Below are positions 9,186 to 18,411 of a stretch of DNA of 64,000 bases, piece after piece. The position numbers were made by a program, and so were the translations under genes. Where the stretch lies: contig OY829846.1 in assembly GCA_963691875.1 (NCBI GenBank), positions 128,001-192,000 on the forward strand, written 5' to 3'. The number at the start of each line of letters is the position of its first letter. The first letter of the stretch is position 1. A model generated the notes under the pieces. That model worked only from the letters and a program-made list of their open reading frames with translations. It was not told the origin of the DNA and made no database searches. The DNA is from Aureliella sp. GTDB lineage: Bacteria > Planctomycetota > Planctomycetia > Pirellulales > Pirellulaceae.

Positions 9186-12134
9186 ATGGATGTAAGTATG
9201 CACTCTGCTGAGGATTATTTCAAGTGCCTCTATCCGCCAAACTCTTTTGGCAGCGTAATATTTTGTGAACCTGTTGAATCGGTAATTGGCTATAGAAGAC
9301 TCGCGACCTTTGCTGCCACAGACACTAGTGGAATCGCTAAGTTCGCAGCAGATCCGTCTCGGGACAATCTCTACTACAAGTACAACTTGTTCGATGAGAC
9401 CTCAATCGTCGCAAGAGGCTCGGCGTCCATTGGTTCTAAGACAGAGGTGCAATCGGTTGTTGCGTTTGGTCTTGATATCGATTGTGCAGAGAAGAGTGTC
9501 CAATATGCTTCGAGAGCAGAGGCACTAGCCACTCTCAACAGTATGCCGCAGCTACCGTCTGCAGTCATTAACTCAGACGGTTCTGCCAAAGGTTTGCATG
9601 GTTATTGGTTCTTTGACAAGCCCATCGTAGTGATGGGACCAGAGCACTACGATCAGCTCGTTGCAATCGCTCGTCGCTGGAACCGAAAGCTGGCTGAACT
9701 ACTCTCGCCTTTCGGCGAAGTTGATGCAACAGCGGGACTAGAGCGTCTGTTACGCCCCCCTGGAGCTCTTCGAAAATCAGGTAACCGCGTTACGGTTGAG
9801 CAGTTGCATCCAACACGACGGTACACCTTGGAAGAGCTAACTCTGCCATTGGATACGAAAGACCTTGAGCAGCTGCAGAAGCAGCAGCTCTTCGCCAGTT
9901 CGACAAACGAAGGACCGAGGCAAGACAGTGATATCCTTGACTACCTAACAGGGGAACTAGGCTACGCTGATATCTCGAACCTGATGCAAGCATATGGTTG
10001 GAGCGAGCGGTCAGGGGCACCTGGTTTCTGGGACCGACCAGAGGCTACTTCTGGAGCTCCGACGGGTGAAGTATGGAAGGTGCCGGATGGACGCCTAGGA
10101 CTGACTATCAAAACACCTGGACGGATCAGAACGGCAGCTGTTGACTCGGCAGGAAACGTAATTGACTTCGTGCCAGAGCAAGGTGGTTGGTACTCCTTCG
10201 AACACTTCTTCGTCTTCATGTCCACAGGCGGGGACACTCAATCGCATTGGTCACGATGCGCAGCGATGTGCCGAGAACAATCAGTCAATCTCCGGGCACA
10301 AGCGTTCGATTCTTGCTCGCCGATCAATCTTATCCTGCCCTCTGGTGCTCAGAAGTTTGCATCTGGCGAAGACGTTCAGAAGGCAAAGGATAAGATCCTC
10401 TGCTCTACCGGCGACACAGGATCAAGGATATTCAATGCTGCTCGTCAGTGCGTTGCGTACGGACTAAGTGACCCCCAAGCAGTTGACGTGATTTTGGAAA
10501 TTGACGCACAAGCCCCCTTTGGGATGTGCCCACTGATTGAGTCGGACATTCCGCAGGTTCTAAGATCAGCAGAACAAAAGACGAGACGCGGCAAGGACGC
10601 TAACGGGGACGATAACCGAAACTTCCTCGACCCTGAGCGACTTGCGAGAGAAGTAGCGTGGCAGCTGGGCTACGACTGGGATGAGCCCAAGATGGTTCGC
10701 TTGCGATACTACCGAGAACAGTGGTTCCACTTCGATGGCTGCAAGTACACTGCAGTCCCCGAGATGAAGGCAGAGAACCTGATCCGCATCGGTCTGTTAG
10801 CAGCTCTTAAAGAGCGAGCCGAGTTCCTAAACGCTTTGCACGACATTGAAGTCAAAAACGCTCCTAATCCCGACAAGGTCAAACCACCTACCATACCAGC
10901 ATACAAGACTTCGCTGCTGAAAGATGTTGTCAGCGAGTTCGCGTTTCTGTGTTTCACGGAAGCTTGTCCAGAGATATCGGTTTCGGCTCCGGAGCTCACT
11001 GAAAAAGCCAAAGCAGTTTGCACTGATTCAGGTATTGCTGTCATCGGAGAAACTGGGCAGGTTGAACTTCTGCCTAGTGACCCCAGAGTCTTTACACTGA
11101 ACTCCATCAACTTTGGGTTCAACGCCTCTGCCGCATGTCCCAGATGGCTAGAGTTTCTCGAACAGGTTTGGCCTGGAGATCAAGCCAGCAAGCATCTACT
11201 GCAGGAGTGGTTCGGACTTAACATCGTCGATGATACTTCCTTTCAAAAGATCATGTGGATCATCGGTACTCCTAGGAGTGGTAAGTCGACTATCACTTCG
11301 ATTCTGAAGTACCTTGCTGGAGACGGGTACGGAGCAGTTGACTTCAACACCCTGGCTAGACCACACGGCACGTCAGCATTGTTAGGTAAGCGGACTGGGA
11401 TCATTAGCGATGTCCGTGCGACTGGCGACAGAATGGCAGCACTTGAAAAGCTGCTTATGATCTCCGGTGCTGACGGTGTTACCGTTGAGCCAAAGTTCAA
11501 GACTCCGTTTTCGGAAGTACTGCCTGTCCGGTTTACCATCGTTTCAAACGAAATGCCTTATCTGCCGGATGCGAGCTCTGCGATGTTCTCTCGTGGGCTG
11601 TTCTTGAAAACTTCAGTGTCGTTTCAAGGTCGCGAAGATCGTTCTTTGCTCGGCAACTTGAAAGAGGAACTACCGGGCATCTTCAACTGGGCAGTGCAAG
11701 GTCTCGCTCGTCTCAATTGCTTTGGGAAGTTCACAGAGCCGCAGAGTGCAGACGATCTTCGTCGGACAGCAAAAGCAGACGGAAACCCGCTGCTGGAACT
11801 TGTAGAAGATTTCTTTGCTGTCGGTCCGACCGAACAAATCCCTAAAGACTTGTTGTACCGCTGGTACGCAGAGTGGTGCAAGTTTCACAATACTCGCGTT
11901 CTGACGTCCGCCATATTCCATAAACGATTGAATGCAATGCCGGGGCTCAACCTGCAGAACATTCGACCCGGTCGAGCACAGTCGGGCACCTTTCGTCGGC
12001 GAACGATTCAAGGGATCGGACTGCGGAAAGAATTTGCCGGAGTTGCTCCAGAGCAATTCTTTCTCGCTTCGTCCCTATCTACCGGACAAGTAACACCTAG
12101 TTTCTCTGCTAAGCCTTTTACGAGCGTAACATGA
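9186..12134 (+). CDS. Primase-helicase: RepB-type AEP primase plus D5/P4-family SF3 helicase
   Basis: GLDID...PSAVINS...GLHGYW at the N-terminus; CPRWLEFL, LQEWFG, GTPRSGKST, VEPKFK, SNEMP at the C-terminus. Confidence 0.9.
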   Translation: MDVSMHSAEDYFKCLYPPNSFGSVIFCEPVESVIGYRRLATFAATDTSGIAKFAADPSRDNLYYKYNLFDETSIVARGSASIGSKTEVQSVVAFGLDIDCAEKSVQYASRAEALATLNSMPQLPSAVINSDGSAKGLHGYWFFDKPIVVMGPEHYDQLVAIARRWNRKLAELLSPFGEVDATAGLERLLRPPGALRKSGNRVTVEQLHPTRRYTLEELTLPLDTKDLEQLQKQQLFASSTNEGPRQDSDILDYLTGELGYADISNLMQAYGWSERSGAPGFWDRPEATSGAPTGEVWKVPDGRLGLTIKTPGRIRTAAVDSAGNVIDFVPEQGGWYSFEHFFVFMSTGGDTQSHWSRCAAMCREQSVNLRAQAFDSCSPINLILPSGAQKFASGEDVQKAKDKILCSTGDTGSRIFNAARQCVAYGLSDPQAVDVILEIDAQAPFGMCPLIESDIPQVLRSAEQKTRRGKDANGDDNRNFLDPERLAREVAWQLGYDWDEPKMVRLRYYREQWFHFDGCKYTAVPEMKAENLIRIGLLAALKERAEFLNALHDIEVKNAPNPDKVKPPTIPAYKTSLLKDVVSEFAFLCFTEACPEISVSAPELTEKAKAVCTDSGIAVIGETGQVELLPSDPRVFTLNSINFGFNASAACPRWLEFLEQVWPGDQASKHLLQEWFGLNIVDDTSFQKIMWIIGTPRSGKSTITSILKYLAGDGYGAVDFNTLARPHGTSALLGKRTGIISDVRATGDRMAALEKLLMISGADGVTVEPKFKTPFSEVLPVRFTIVSNEMPYLPDASSAMFSRGLFLKTSVSFQGREDRSLLGNLKEELPGIFNWAVQGLARLNCFGKFTEPQSADDLRRTAKADGNPLLELVEDFFAVGPTEQIPKDLLYRWYAEWCKFHNTRVLTSAIFHKRLNAMPGLNLQNIRPGRAQSGTFRRRTIQGIGLRKEFAGVAPEQFFLASSLSTGQVTPSFSAKPFTSVT

Positions 12135-12146
12135 TGTTCAAAAGAA

Positions 12147-12389
12147 CTAGTACGAATTGCCAGTGTGATGGCGGCTATCGAACGAACGGTCACCGATGTC
12201 TTCGTACATCTCACGAAAGGCAGACCAAAGCGAGCAGTACTCCGCTAGGGCGTTGTGATCAATTTGTGAGAGGCGATTGATCTGAAAGACATAAGGTGTG
12301 ATTCGCCGCCACTCGGCAGTCGCTTTGGTGTCTAGAATTTCCGGTGGACTTACAAGCTCACTTGGAAAAGTGAACCAATCGTTACTCAC
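12147..12389 (-). CDS. P27-family terminase small subunit-like protein, short or truncated
   Basis: PPEILDTKATAEWRRI...LSQIDHNALAEYCSLWSAF matches the P27 N-terminal pattern. Confidence 0.6.
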   Translation of the reverse strand: MSNDWFTFPSELVSPPEILDTKATAEWRRITPYVFQINRLSQIDHNALAEYCSLWSAFREMYEDIGDRSFDSRHHTGNSY

Positions 12390-12548
12390 TCTTAATCTCC
12401 GCTACCCAGAAAAAATTAAAAGTTGGTATGAATTGAATGCGGTGGCTGGGCGTCTCTTTGAGAATGAGATAGTCTCTCTTCAGTCGCCAACTGCGGCACT
12501 CGACTACGCTCGATTCTTGGTCAAGCCACTTAATCTTGATGCGCCCAT

Positions 12549-12761
12549 ATGCCTACTACCTGTATCGTTCCCTACAACGGCGAGAAGTACCGCGTGGATG
12601 TGCGAATTTCAGGTTCAATAGTTTATGTACGTCACCCGGTTGCCGGATGGATGGATCTTAATGTTCTGGAAGAGCGATTGAGGCGTAAGCTGTATGGCTT
12701 CGAGGGTGCTGACCTCACGAAGATCCGGCAGCTACGCGATTCGTCGAGCAAGATCGACTAG
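12549..12761 (+). CDS. Hypothetical protein
   Basis: 70-aa ORF with no credible competing frame. Confidence 0.5.
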   Translation: MPTTCIVPYNGEKYRVDVRISGSIVYVRHPVAGWMDLNVLEERLRRKLYGFEGADLTKIRQLRDSSSKID

Positions 12762-12880
12762 CCATTTGCACATTTCCGGCCTCGTTCGTGATCGCTGAGC
12801 ATGGCTCATACACTGTTGTGTTCTGCGGTCATTGCCAAGCCAAAGCCAGCATTCTTAAAGAGGAAGACAGTTAGCAAACG

Positions 12881-13249
12881 ATGGAACCAAAGCAATTACG
12901 AACCCTCGGAGCAATAGTATTGTTCTTGGCATTTGCCGCGTGCTTGCCTCTGGTGTTTTCTGACGCGGATAAGAGCGTCTTGGATCAATGGCGAGCAATG
13001 AGCGATGCGGAGCAGATAGAGTTTCTGGCTGCGGGTATTCCTGATTACCTGCCAGAATACACTCACTCGGACATAGTCTTGGATGGCATGATGAATATGG
13101 AATATGTGATCCAGAACCACGGCAATGAGATCTACGATACAAAGTCGGATTCACTTGAGGAAGCTCGTGAACTTGCATTGGCTTTTTCAATCGGCTTCAT
13201 TCGAACCGAGCTAAAGAAGAGTGAAGAGCTTAATTTCTGGGACCGCTGA
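12881..13249 (+). CDS. Membrane-anchored or secreted hypothetical protein
   Basis: N-terminal hydrophobic helix; AGAGGA upstream. Confidence 0.65.
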   Translation: MEPKQLRTLGAIVLFLAFAACLPLVFSDADKSVLDQWRAMSDAEQIEFLAAGIPDYLPEYTHSDIVLDGMMNMEYVIQNHGNEIYDTKSDSLEEARELALAFSIGFIRTELKKSEELNFWDR

Positions 13250-13386
13250 ACAACAGCGAGCTAAAGAAAGCCGGTGTTCTAGTCCTCGATAGCTAAGTTG
13301 CCCAGCCTTCGCCGTCTCAGGCCAAAGCGGAACTGGGCGTCTCGTAATGAACGTCCCCTCTGAAGACGAAGTCCCGTTCTAGGGGA

Positions 13387-13602
13387 TTACCTTGTCTGCA
13401 GCTCCTTCTTTTCGAGCAACTCAGTGCGATAAATCGCTACGGCGTTTGGTGCTTTGATGCCGAGCAGCGTCTTGTTCCCGTCAGATCGTGGGCAGAGCAC
13501 GATCTCTGTTCCACTCGGGTAATCACGGAGCAGCTGCTGCAACGTTTCGCGAGTGAGCGGTAGAGTTACTCTCTCGTTGTCTCTTCTTGTTATTACTAAC
13601 AT
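13387..13602 (-). CDS. csrA: CsrA-like carbon storage regulator
   Basis: MLVITRRDNERV and LGIKAPNAVAIYRTEL match CsrA termini, with a central insertion. Confidence 0.8.
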   Translation of the reverse strand: MLVITRRDNERVTLPLTRETLQQLLRDYPSGTEIVLCPRSDGNKTLLGIKAPNAVAIYRTELLEKKELQTR

Positions 13603-13615
13603 AAAATTCCTTTCT

Positions 13616-14059
13616 TTAGAGTTCCAGTTCTTCGGCTTTGTCTTCGAACTTCTCCAGAGCTAGTCGCTGCATCTCGTCACCCAGCAATCGCACTGGGATG
13701 TCTGTCGCGTAGTATCGAGAACTGTCCATCTTGAGTCCGATGACGTGTCGCCATTCCGTGGCTCGCTCTACGAACACTTGCATGCGACCAGCGACTCCGA
13801 AGTCGCTACGTACAAGCGGAACGAACGTAGTTCCGTCTCCTGCATGGATCTCCGAATCGTCACACTCGACAGGCCAAAGGTTCTCGGCTTGAGTGTCGCG
13901 GATATGGATGTTGTGCCTGCGGTCTTGTAGCAAGTACCTGGAAGTGGTCTCGTCGTAGTCTTTCAGTGCGTACAGTTTTACTGCACGACGCGAAAAGTTG
14001 GTCTTGCCAAATAGTTCTCTGAACCGCTGGATGATCGGGTCGTTGATGTCTTCTTTCAT
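13616..14059 (-). CDS. Hypothetical protein
   Basis: Start overlaps the upstream stop (ATGA). Confidence 0.65.
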   Translation of the reverse strand: MKEDINDPIIQRFRELFGKTNFSRRAVKLYALKDYDETTSRYLLQDRRHNIHIRDTQAENLWPVECDDSEIHAGDGTTFVPLVRSDFGVAGRMQVFVERATEWRHVIGLKMDSSRYYATDIPVRLLGDEMQRLALEKFEDKAEELEL

Positions 14060-14541
14060 GTCAGCAGAGCTTTGTATTTCCGTTCAAACTCGGTAGCCGC
14101 TAGTTTCTGCAGTGTGAGTTTGGGATCTCTCTTCGGTGGCAACCGCCAGTAGATGTCCGGCACAAGCTTCAGTTGCAGAATCCACATTCGAAGGGTTGAA
14201 ACCCTCTGGTAGACCAAGCCCTGCCGGAAAGATCCGAACTCAGTTTCTGTTGCGGAGGCATCGATCAGAGCGAGCCTTGGAGTTGCGAACTGGTCTGTCG
14301 GGAAATTCGCACTCCTCGCAAGAACTAACCTTCGCTGTTGTTCGGGAGTGAACGGAATCTCCTGGCCTTTCCCGAAACTCACTATCAAATTGTCTTGGTC
14401 ATCAAACCGCCCGGCTGCATGTGGCGTCCTCGACAGCATCATTAGGAGTCGACGTTCGCGCTGTGTCTCTTCCGTTTCGTTCAGTGGTTCCATCCCTACA
14501 TTCGGTTCAATAATTAGCGTAGACAGCATGTCCTTGTTCAA
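14056..14541 (-). CDS. Hypothetical protein
   Basis: 161-aa ORF within a coupled operon. Confidence 0.65.
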   Translation of the reverse strand: MNKDMLSTLIIEPNVGMEPLNETEETQRERRLLMMLSRTPHAAGRFDDQDNLIVSFGKGQEIPFTPEQQRRLVLARSANFPTDQFATPRLALIDASATETEFGSFRQGLVYQRVSTLRMWILQLKLVPDIYWRLPPKRDPKLTLQKLAATEFERKYKALLT

Positions 14542-14887
14542 CCAGTGACGTGTTAAAGTCTTTTCCTGTGCCTGGCACTAGGTCCTCTGTCCAAGGCAAG
14601 TAAATCTTTGCTAGGTAACGCCCGAACTTTCCGGTCTGCTCCTGCGTTCGTCCTTTGATCGTTTCGATCCAGATCTCTTTGTCGAGCAGATGTTCTTCAA
14701 CAAACTTTTTAGCTTCTAGCCCCCTCTCTCGCTCTTCACCTCGAATCTCTGGCGCATTGATTCCATAAAAGCGAAGTCGCTGTTCGATCGATGCTCGGAA
14801 TCCTAGGTCAACTCTGACGTCAATCGTGTCACCATCGACCACGTTGGTAACAAGCGATTCGTAGAAGTAAAAGTTTGGCTTTAGCAC
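14507..14887 (-). CDS. Thermonuclease (SNase-like) family protein
   Basis: VVDGDTIDV, RLRFYGINAPE, GKFGRYLAKI, LVEQGHA motifs. Confidence 0.9.
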   Translation of the reverse strand: MLKPNFYFYESLVTNVVDGDTIDVRVDLGFRASIEQRLRFYGINAPEIRGEERERGLEAKKFVEEHLLDKEIWIETIKGRTQEQTGKFGRYLAKIYLPWTEDLVPGTGKDFNTSLVEQGHAVYANY

Positions 14888-15123
14888 AGTTGAGTCCTTC
14901 TGAATGTGAACAACCGGTCGCCCTCTTGAGCGATCCTATTTGCAGCGATTGCTTTCTTGATGGCTTGATTCCACTCGTAGACTGTCGCACCATTTTGATC
15001 TTCCACACGAAGGTTTGTAACAAGATCTATCAGGTCGAGACCACGATCAGAACCGCGTTCAACACGTTCCACGACAGTATCACAACACTGCCCGACAACA
15101 CTCGCTCGCATTGGAATTGACAC
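14881..15123 (-). CDS. Hypothetical protein
   Basis: 80-aa ORF in the operon. Confidence 0.5.
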   Translation of the reverse strand: MSIPMRASVVGQCCDTVVERVERGSDRGLDLIDLVTNLRVEDQNGATVYEWNQAIKKAIAANRIAQEGDRLFTFRRTQLC

Positions 15124-15136
15124 TGTTTCCCGGTTG

Positions 15137-15367
15137 TTACTCTGTTGCAGCCGGGTCTTCTTTTTCAGACGTGAATTGCCCCAACGCTTGCGTCAAACAC
15201 TGACCGGCGAATGTCTTTACTCGCCGCACAGGTGTCTCAACGACGTGTAATTTATCGATTTCACGCTTGCTTGCTTCTTCGCAAGCTCGCTTGAGACGGA
15301 TAAGCTCAAGCTCTAGCTCGACGACGAAAGCCTGTACTTCTTCGACGCTGTACCATTTTTTTCGCAT
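15137..15367 (-). CDS. Hypothetical helical protein
   Basis: AAGGAG upstream; 76 aa. Confidence 0.6.
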   Translation of the reverse strand: MRKKWYSVEEVQAFVVELELELIRLKRACEEASKREIDKLHVVETPVRRVKTFAGQCLTQALGQFTSEKEDPAATE

Positions 15368-15760
15368 CCTAATTGCTCCTTTAGCTGGTGGTTTGTACTG
15401 TTATCGGCGATTTTCGCGGACAAAAGAACCCGAATCCTTACCGAACCGGTGCTAGACTCCCTAATGTACTGATTGTTGTTCTTTTGGGTACATAGTAATT
15501 CGACGTAGCGGAGCGGATTTTGATGATCTGTTCTCGCTGGCGATGGAATGTCAGACTGTGCATTCTCTGACCCACTAGTAGTTCTTCCATGATGGTTCGC
15601 TAAGTCGTCCAGTAGCTGACAAAGGGAACAAGAATGAAGGCGGCTGCGATAATTACCGACAGCGTTATCGCACCGACTACTGCTGACGAAGAGTCGTTGA
15701 GCTCATCCGCTCTGTCTTCCTCCAAGAGTCGGTTGACCTCAGTCGTCACCTGCTCTTTTG

Positions 15761-15949
15761 TCATCTCTTGAAGATCCATCTCTCTGTCCTTTCAACTTGA
15801 GTTGAACTAGTGAGCAGCAGTTGTCCGGTGCTGCCGATCCGGAATTGAGACTTGAATAGCGGGGCGACTTGTTCTTCAGGTACTTGCAGTTGTGCCAGTG
15901 TGTGACGAGTCGGAGCGTGAGTAGGAGCAGGGGGTGCGATCGTAGACAT
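15761..15949 (-). CDS. Hypothetical protein
   Basis: 62-aa ORF whose stop overlaps the ATG of a further small membrane-protein ORF starting at 15764. Confidence 0.5.
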   Translation of the reverse strand: MSTIAPPAPTHAPTRHTLAQLQVPEEQVAPLFKSQFRIGSTGQLLLTSSTQVERTERWIFKR

Positions 15950-15985
15950 GGTCAGGAATCATTCCTTGGAGATAAAGGTCAGGAG

Positions 15986-16306
15986 CTAGCTTTTCAGTAC
16001 CGCAGGGGCAATCAGAGCGACGACGAAACTCGCGATAGCTTTAGACAAAGAAGCAACGGGAGTGTCTCCGCTTGCGAGACCGACGTTGAAAACTGCTGCA
16101 TGCCTCCAGACTTTCTCGTGATCATTGCAAGCGTCACGGAATTCATTTTCGAGCCAATGTTGCAAGGCTCCTTCACAGGCACTGTCCCAGGCACACTGAA
16201 TTGCTTCGGGAAGTTCGCTGAACTGCGGCATCGGTTCGCCTCGAAAGTTTTTCCAGTGAACGGATTCACCGTATGCGGCGTAAGCTGCTTTCGCTCGGTC
16301 GGTCAT
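15986..16306 (-). CDS. Hypothetical phage protein
   Basis: AKAAYAAYG...NFRGEPMP...W pattern; AAGGA RBS; operator-like motif upstream. Confidence 0.65.
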   Translation of the reverse strand: MTDRAKAAYAAYGESVHWKNFRGEPMPQFSELPEAIQCAWDSACEGALQHWLENEFRDACNDHEKVWRHAAVFNVGLASGDTPVASLSKAIASFVVALIAPAVLKS

Positions 16307-16508
16307 GGAATCATTCCTTTTATGTGTGCGGGAAATTTACCGTAAGCGGGGCGTAAAGGTCAGTTCGAAAGTTGAAGTGCAATCGCTGTTGCTCCAGCGC
16401 CAGCGAGCAATGCTAGGAAAATGAGAAGCGGCTTAATGATCTTGAACCCTTCGTGCATTGGTCTGCCTTTGTTCTGTTGTTATCTGTTATCGCCTGTCAT
16501 CTACCGGA

Positions 16509-16537
16509 AATTTACCGCAAACGAGGCAAGGCGTCAA
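16509..16537 (-). promoter_or_regulatory. Sigma70-like promoter overlapping the operator-like motif
   Basis: Minus strand TTGACG-N17-TAAATT, with the -10 inside GCGGTAAATTTCCG. Confidence 0.6.
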
Positions 16538-16565
16538 GAATCTTTTTCTCGTTTTTGCTTCTTTT

Positions 16566-17389
16566 TAGCGGTGCGTGTAGTTGTTGTGTTATTGCTGCTG
16601 GCAGAAGAGTTTTCTATGATGGCAGGCTTCCACTAAATTGGACGCCAGAGCAACTATGGTTCAAAATCCCTACGGATTGCGCAACAACAATCCTTCCGAT
16701 TGGGTCAACGTCAGAGACGTAGACCGAAGTTCCCCTGATGAATACTTCTGCGCTGAGTGCGGGGGCAAGCTGATTCCTGTTCAACCGTCGAACCCAAAGA
16801 AGCAATGGTTCTTCCGCCATGCTGTGGAAAGCAATTGCGAGGGCTCACGAGAGACAGCGATACACTTAATGGCAAAGCAGATTCTGCTGGAAGAGCGAAG
16901 AATCATGCTTCCTTATATGCTTATCAAGCCAGAGCCTCACATTTACATAGAGTACAAGTCGCATAAACAAGTCAGGATCTATCAACTTGGTTCTCGGAAG
17001 CTGTTTCAGTTTGACTCTGTGCAGGACGAAGTTTGGCATGAGGGGAGAATACCAGACATCGTAGCTGTTTCAGGCGACCGAAAGCTCTTCATCGAAATAT
17101 GCGTCACCCACGGAATCGATGCTGACAAATTGAGTTGGATTCAGGAACAGAATATTTCGACTCTAAGCGTCAATCTTAGTGGTCTTTCTCGTGATGCAAG
17201 CAAAGCAGATGTTCGCAAGTGCTTGTTGACTGGTTGGCTGCACAACATGAACATAATGAACTGGACGCACCATGCGAAGAAACTAGATCACCAGCAGCGA
17301 GCAAACGAACACTACGTTCAGCAGGTGCTGAAACTCGGGCTTGGGCCGAAGGGTAAGAAATCGCGGTAGCGGTGCGTGTAGTTGTTGTG
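16566..17389. repeat. 23-bp direct repeats flanking a single-gene cassette
   Basis: tagcggtgcgtgtagttgttgtg at 16566-16588 and 17367-17389. Confidence 0.85.
16638..17369 (+). CDS. CoiA-like Zn-finger / PD-(D/E)XK nuclease protein
   Basis: YFCAECGG, FRH...C...ETAIHL, PDIV...FIEICVTH motifs. Confidence 0.8.
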   Translation: MDARATMVQNPYGLRNNNPSDWVNVRDVDRSSPDEYFCAECGGKLIPVQPSNPKKQWFFRHAVESNCEGSRETAIHLMAKQILLEERRIMLPYMLIKPEPHIYIEYKSHKQVRIYQLGSRKLFQFDSVQDEVWHEGRIPDIVAVSGDRKLFIEICVTHGIDADKLSWIQEQNISTLSVNLSGLSRDASKADVRKCLLTGWLHNMNIMNWTHHAKKLDHQQRANEHYVQQVLKLGLGPKGKKSR

Positions 17390-17920
17390 CTACATGCTTT
17401 TGAGCTTCTCGGCAAACCTCAGGCAGTTCATGTTTTGCAGAGCAGTGGCTTGCTCTGACTTGTCTATCGCAGGTGGGTGGATGTAGTAGTTCTCATCACA
17501 AGCGAGCCGGTAGATGATCTGGTCCGTTACTTGCATGCCGATGCTGCAAATGTAGCTGCCAAGTAAAACCGCACCGTGGTCAGTAGTGAACTGTGTTGTT
17601 AGTTCTTCGGGTGCGACTAGTCCTCCGTTGATATTAAGGTTAGGGATCGGTTGCATACGTTCGTCGTAGATGAACTTCTTCCCTCCCCTAATCTGCCGGA
17701 GACCTCGGGCTTGAGCGATCGTGAAATTATGTCGCTGAGTCACTGCCCTGCTGCTGCCGAAGCGTATCTGAATCGTGTGCGTGTCCTTCTGTCGGTCGTA
17801 CTGCAAGTCAGCAGACAGGGGCCGAGTGATCATGCGGTTCAGTTCTCTGGTCAGAGCTTGTGCAGCTTCTTCGCGCTCCGTTCGCTCGTTCATCGACCAC
17901 GGTCCGACGTCAGGGTTCAT
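17390..17920 (-). CDS. Hypothetical protein, paralog 3 of a tandem triplet
   Basis: GLVAP...HGAVLLG..I.S.G...YRLACD..YYIHP...NCLRF shared with neighbours. Confidence 0.8.
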   Translation of the reverse strand: MNPDVGPWSMNERTEREEAAQALTRELNRMITRPLSADLQYDRQKDTHTIQIRFGSSRAVTQRHNFTIAQARGLRQIRGGKKFIYDERMQPIPNLNINGGLVAPEELTTQFTTDHGAVLLGSYICSIGMQVTDQIIYRLACDENYYIHPPAIDKSEQATALQNMNCLRFAEKLKSM

Positions 17921-18411
17921 AAACTCTCCAGTCGAGCTTTGGACTCAAATGCCAAGCAGTTCATCTTCGCGAGAGCGTCTAGTGCATTCCGTGCCGGAGG
18001 ACGAACGTAGTAGCGCTTGTTGAAGGCAAGGTAGTAGAAGACTTCATGCTGCACTGGGCCATTAGAGGAGATCCAAGGTCCGACTAGGACTTCTCCGTGA
18101 GCACTAGTGTGTGTCTTGCGTAGATCATCAGGATTGAGCAATCCGGCGGGAGCAGTCATGTTGGGCTCTTGAACACCTCCCAAACCTATTCGAAAGTTGC
18201 GGGGTCGTCCCACGACTTGGACCAGCTTGCCTGCGTCATCCGCTGTGAGGCGATGCGTTGATGATCCTCTTCTTGATCCAAAATGTAGCATGATCTGGAA
18301 CTCTGCCTTGATAGGACAGTAGTAGGACTCCACTCTGATAGGGGCCGGTACATCACGTCGGATCGAGTTGACTAGTCTTTGGGCTTGGAGCTCGTTTTCG
18401 TAGACGGTCAT
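17917..18411 (-). CDS. Hypothetical protein, paralog 2 of a tandem triplet
   Basis: GLLNP...HGEVLVGPWISSNG...YYLAF...YYVRP...NCLAF. Confidence 0.8.
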   Translation of the reverse strand: MTVYENELQAQRLVNSIRRDVPAPIRVESYYCPIKAEFQIMLHFGSRRGSSTHRLTADDAGKLVQVVGRPRNFRIGLGGVQEPNMTAPAGLLNPDDLRKTHTSAHGEVLVGPWISSNGPVQHEVFYYLAFNKRYYVRPPARNALDALAKMNCLAFESKARLESL

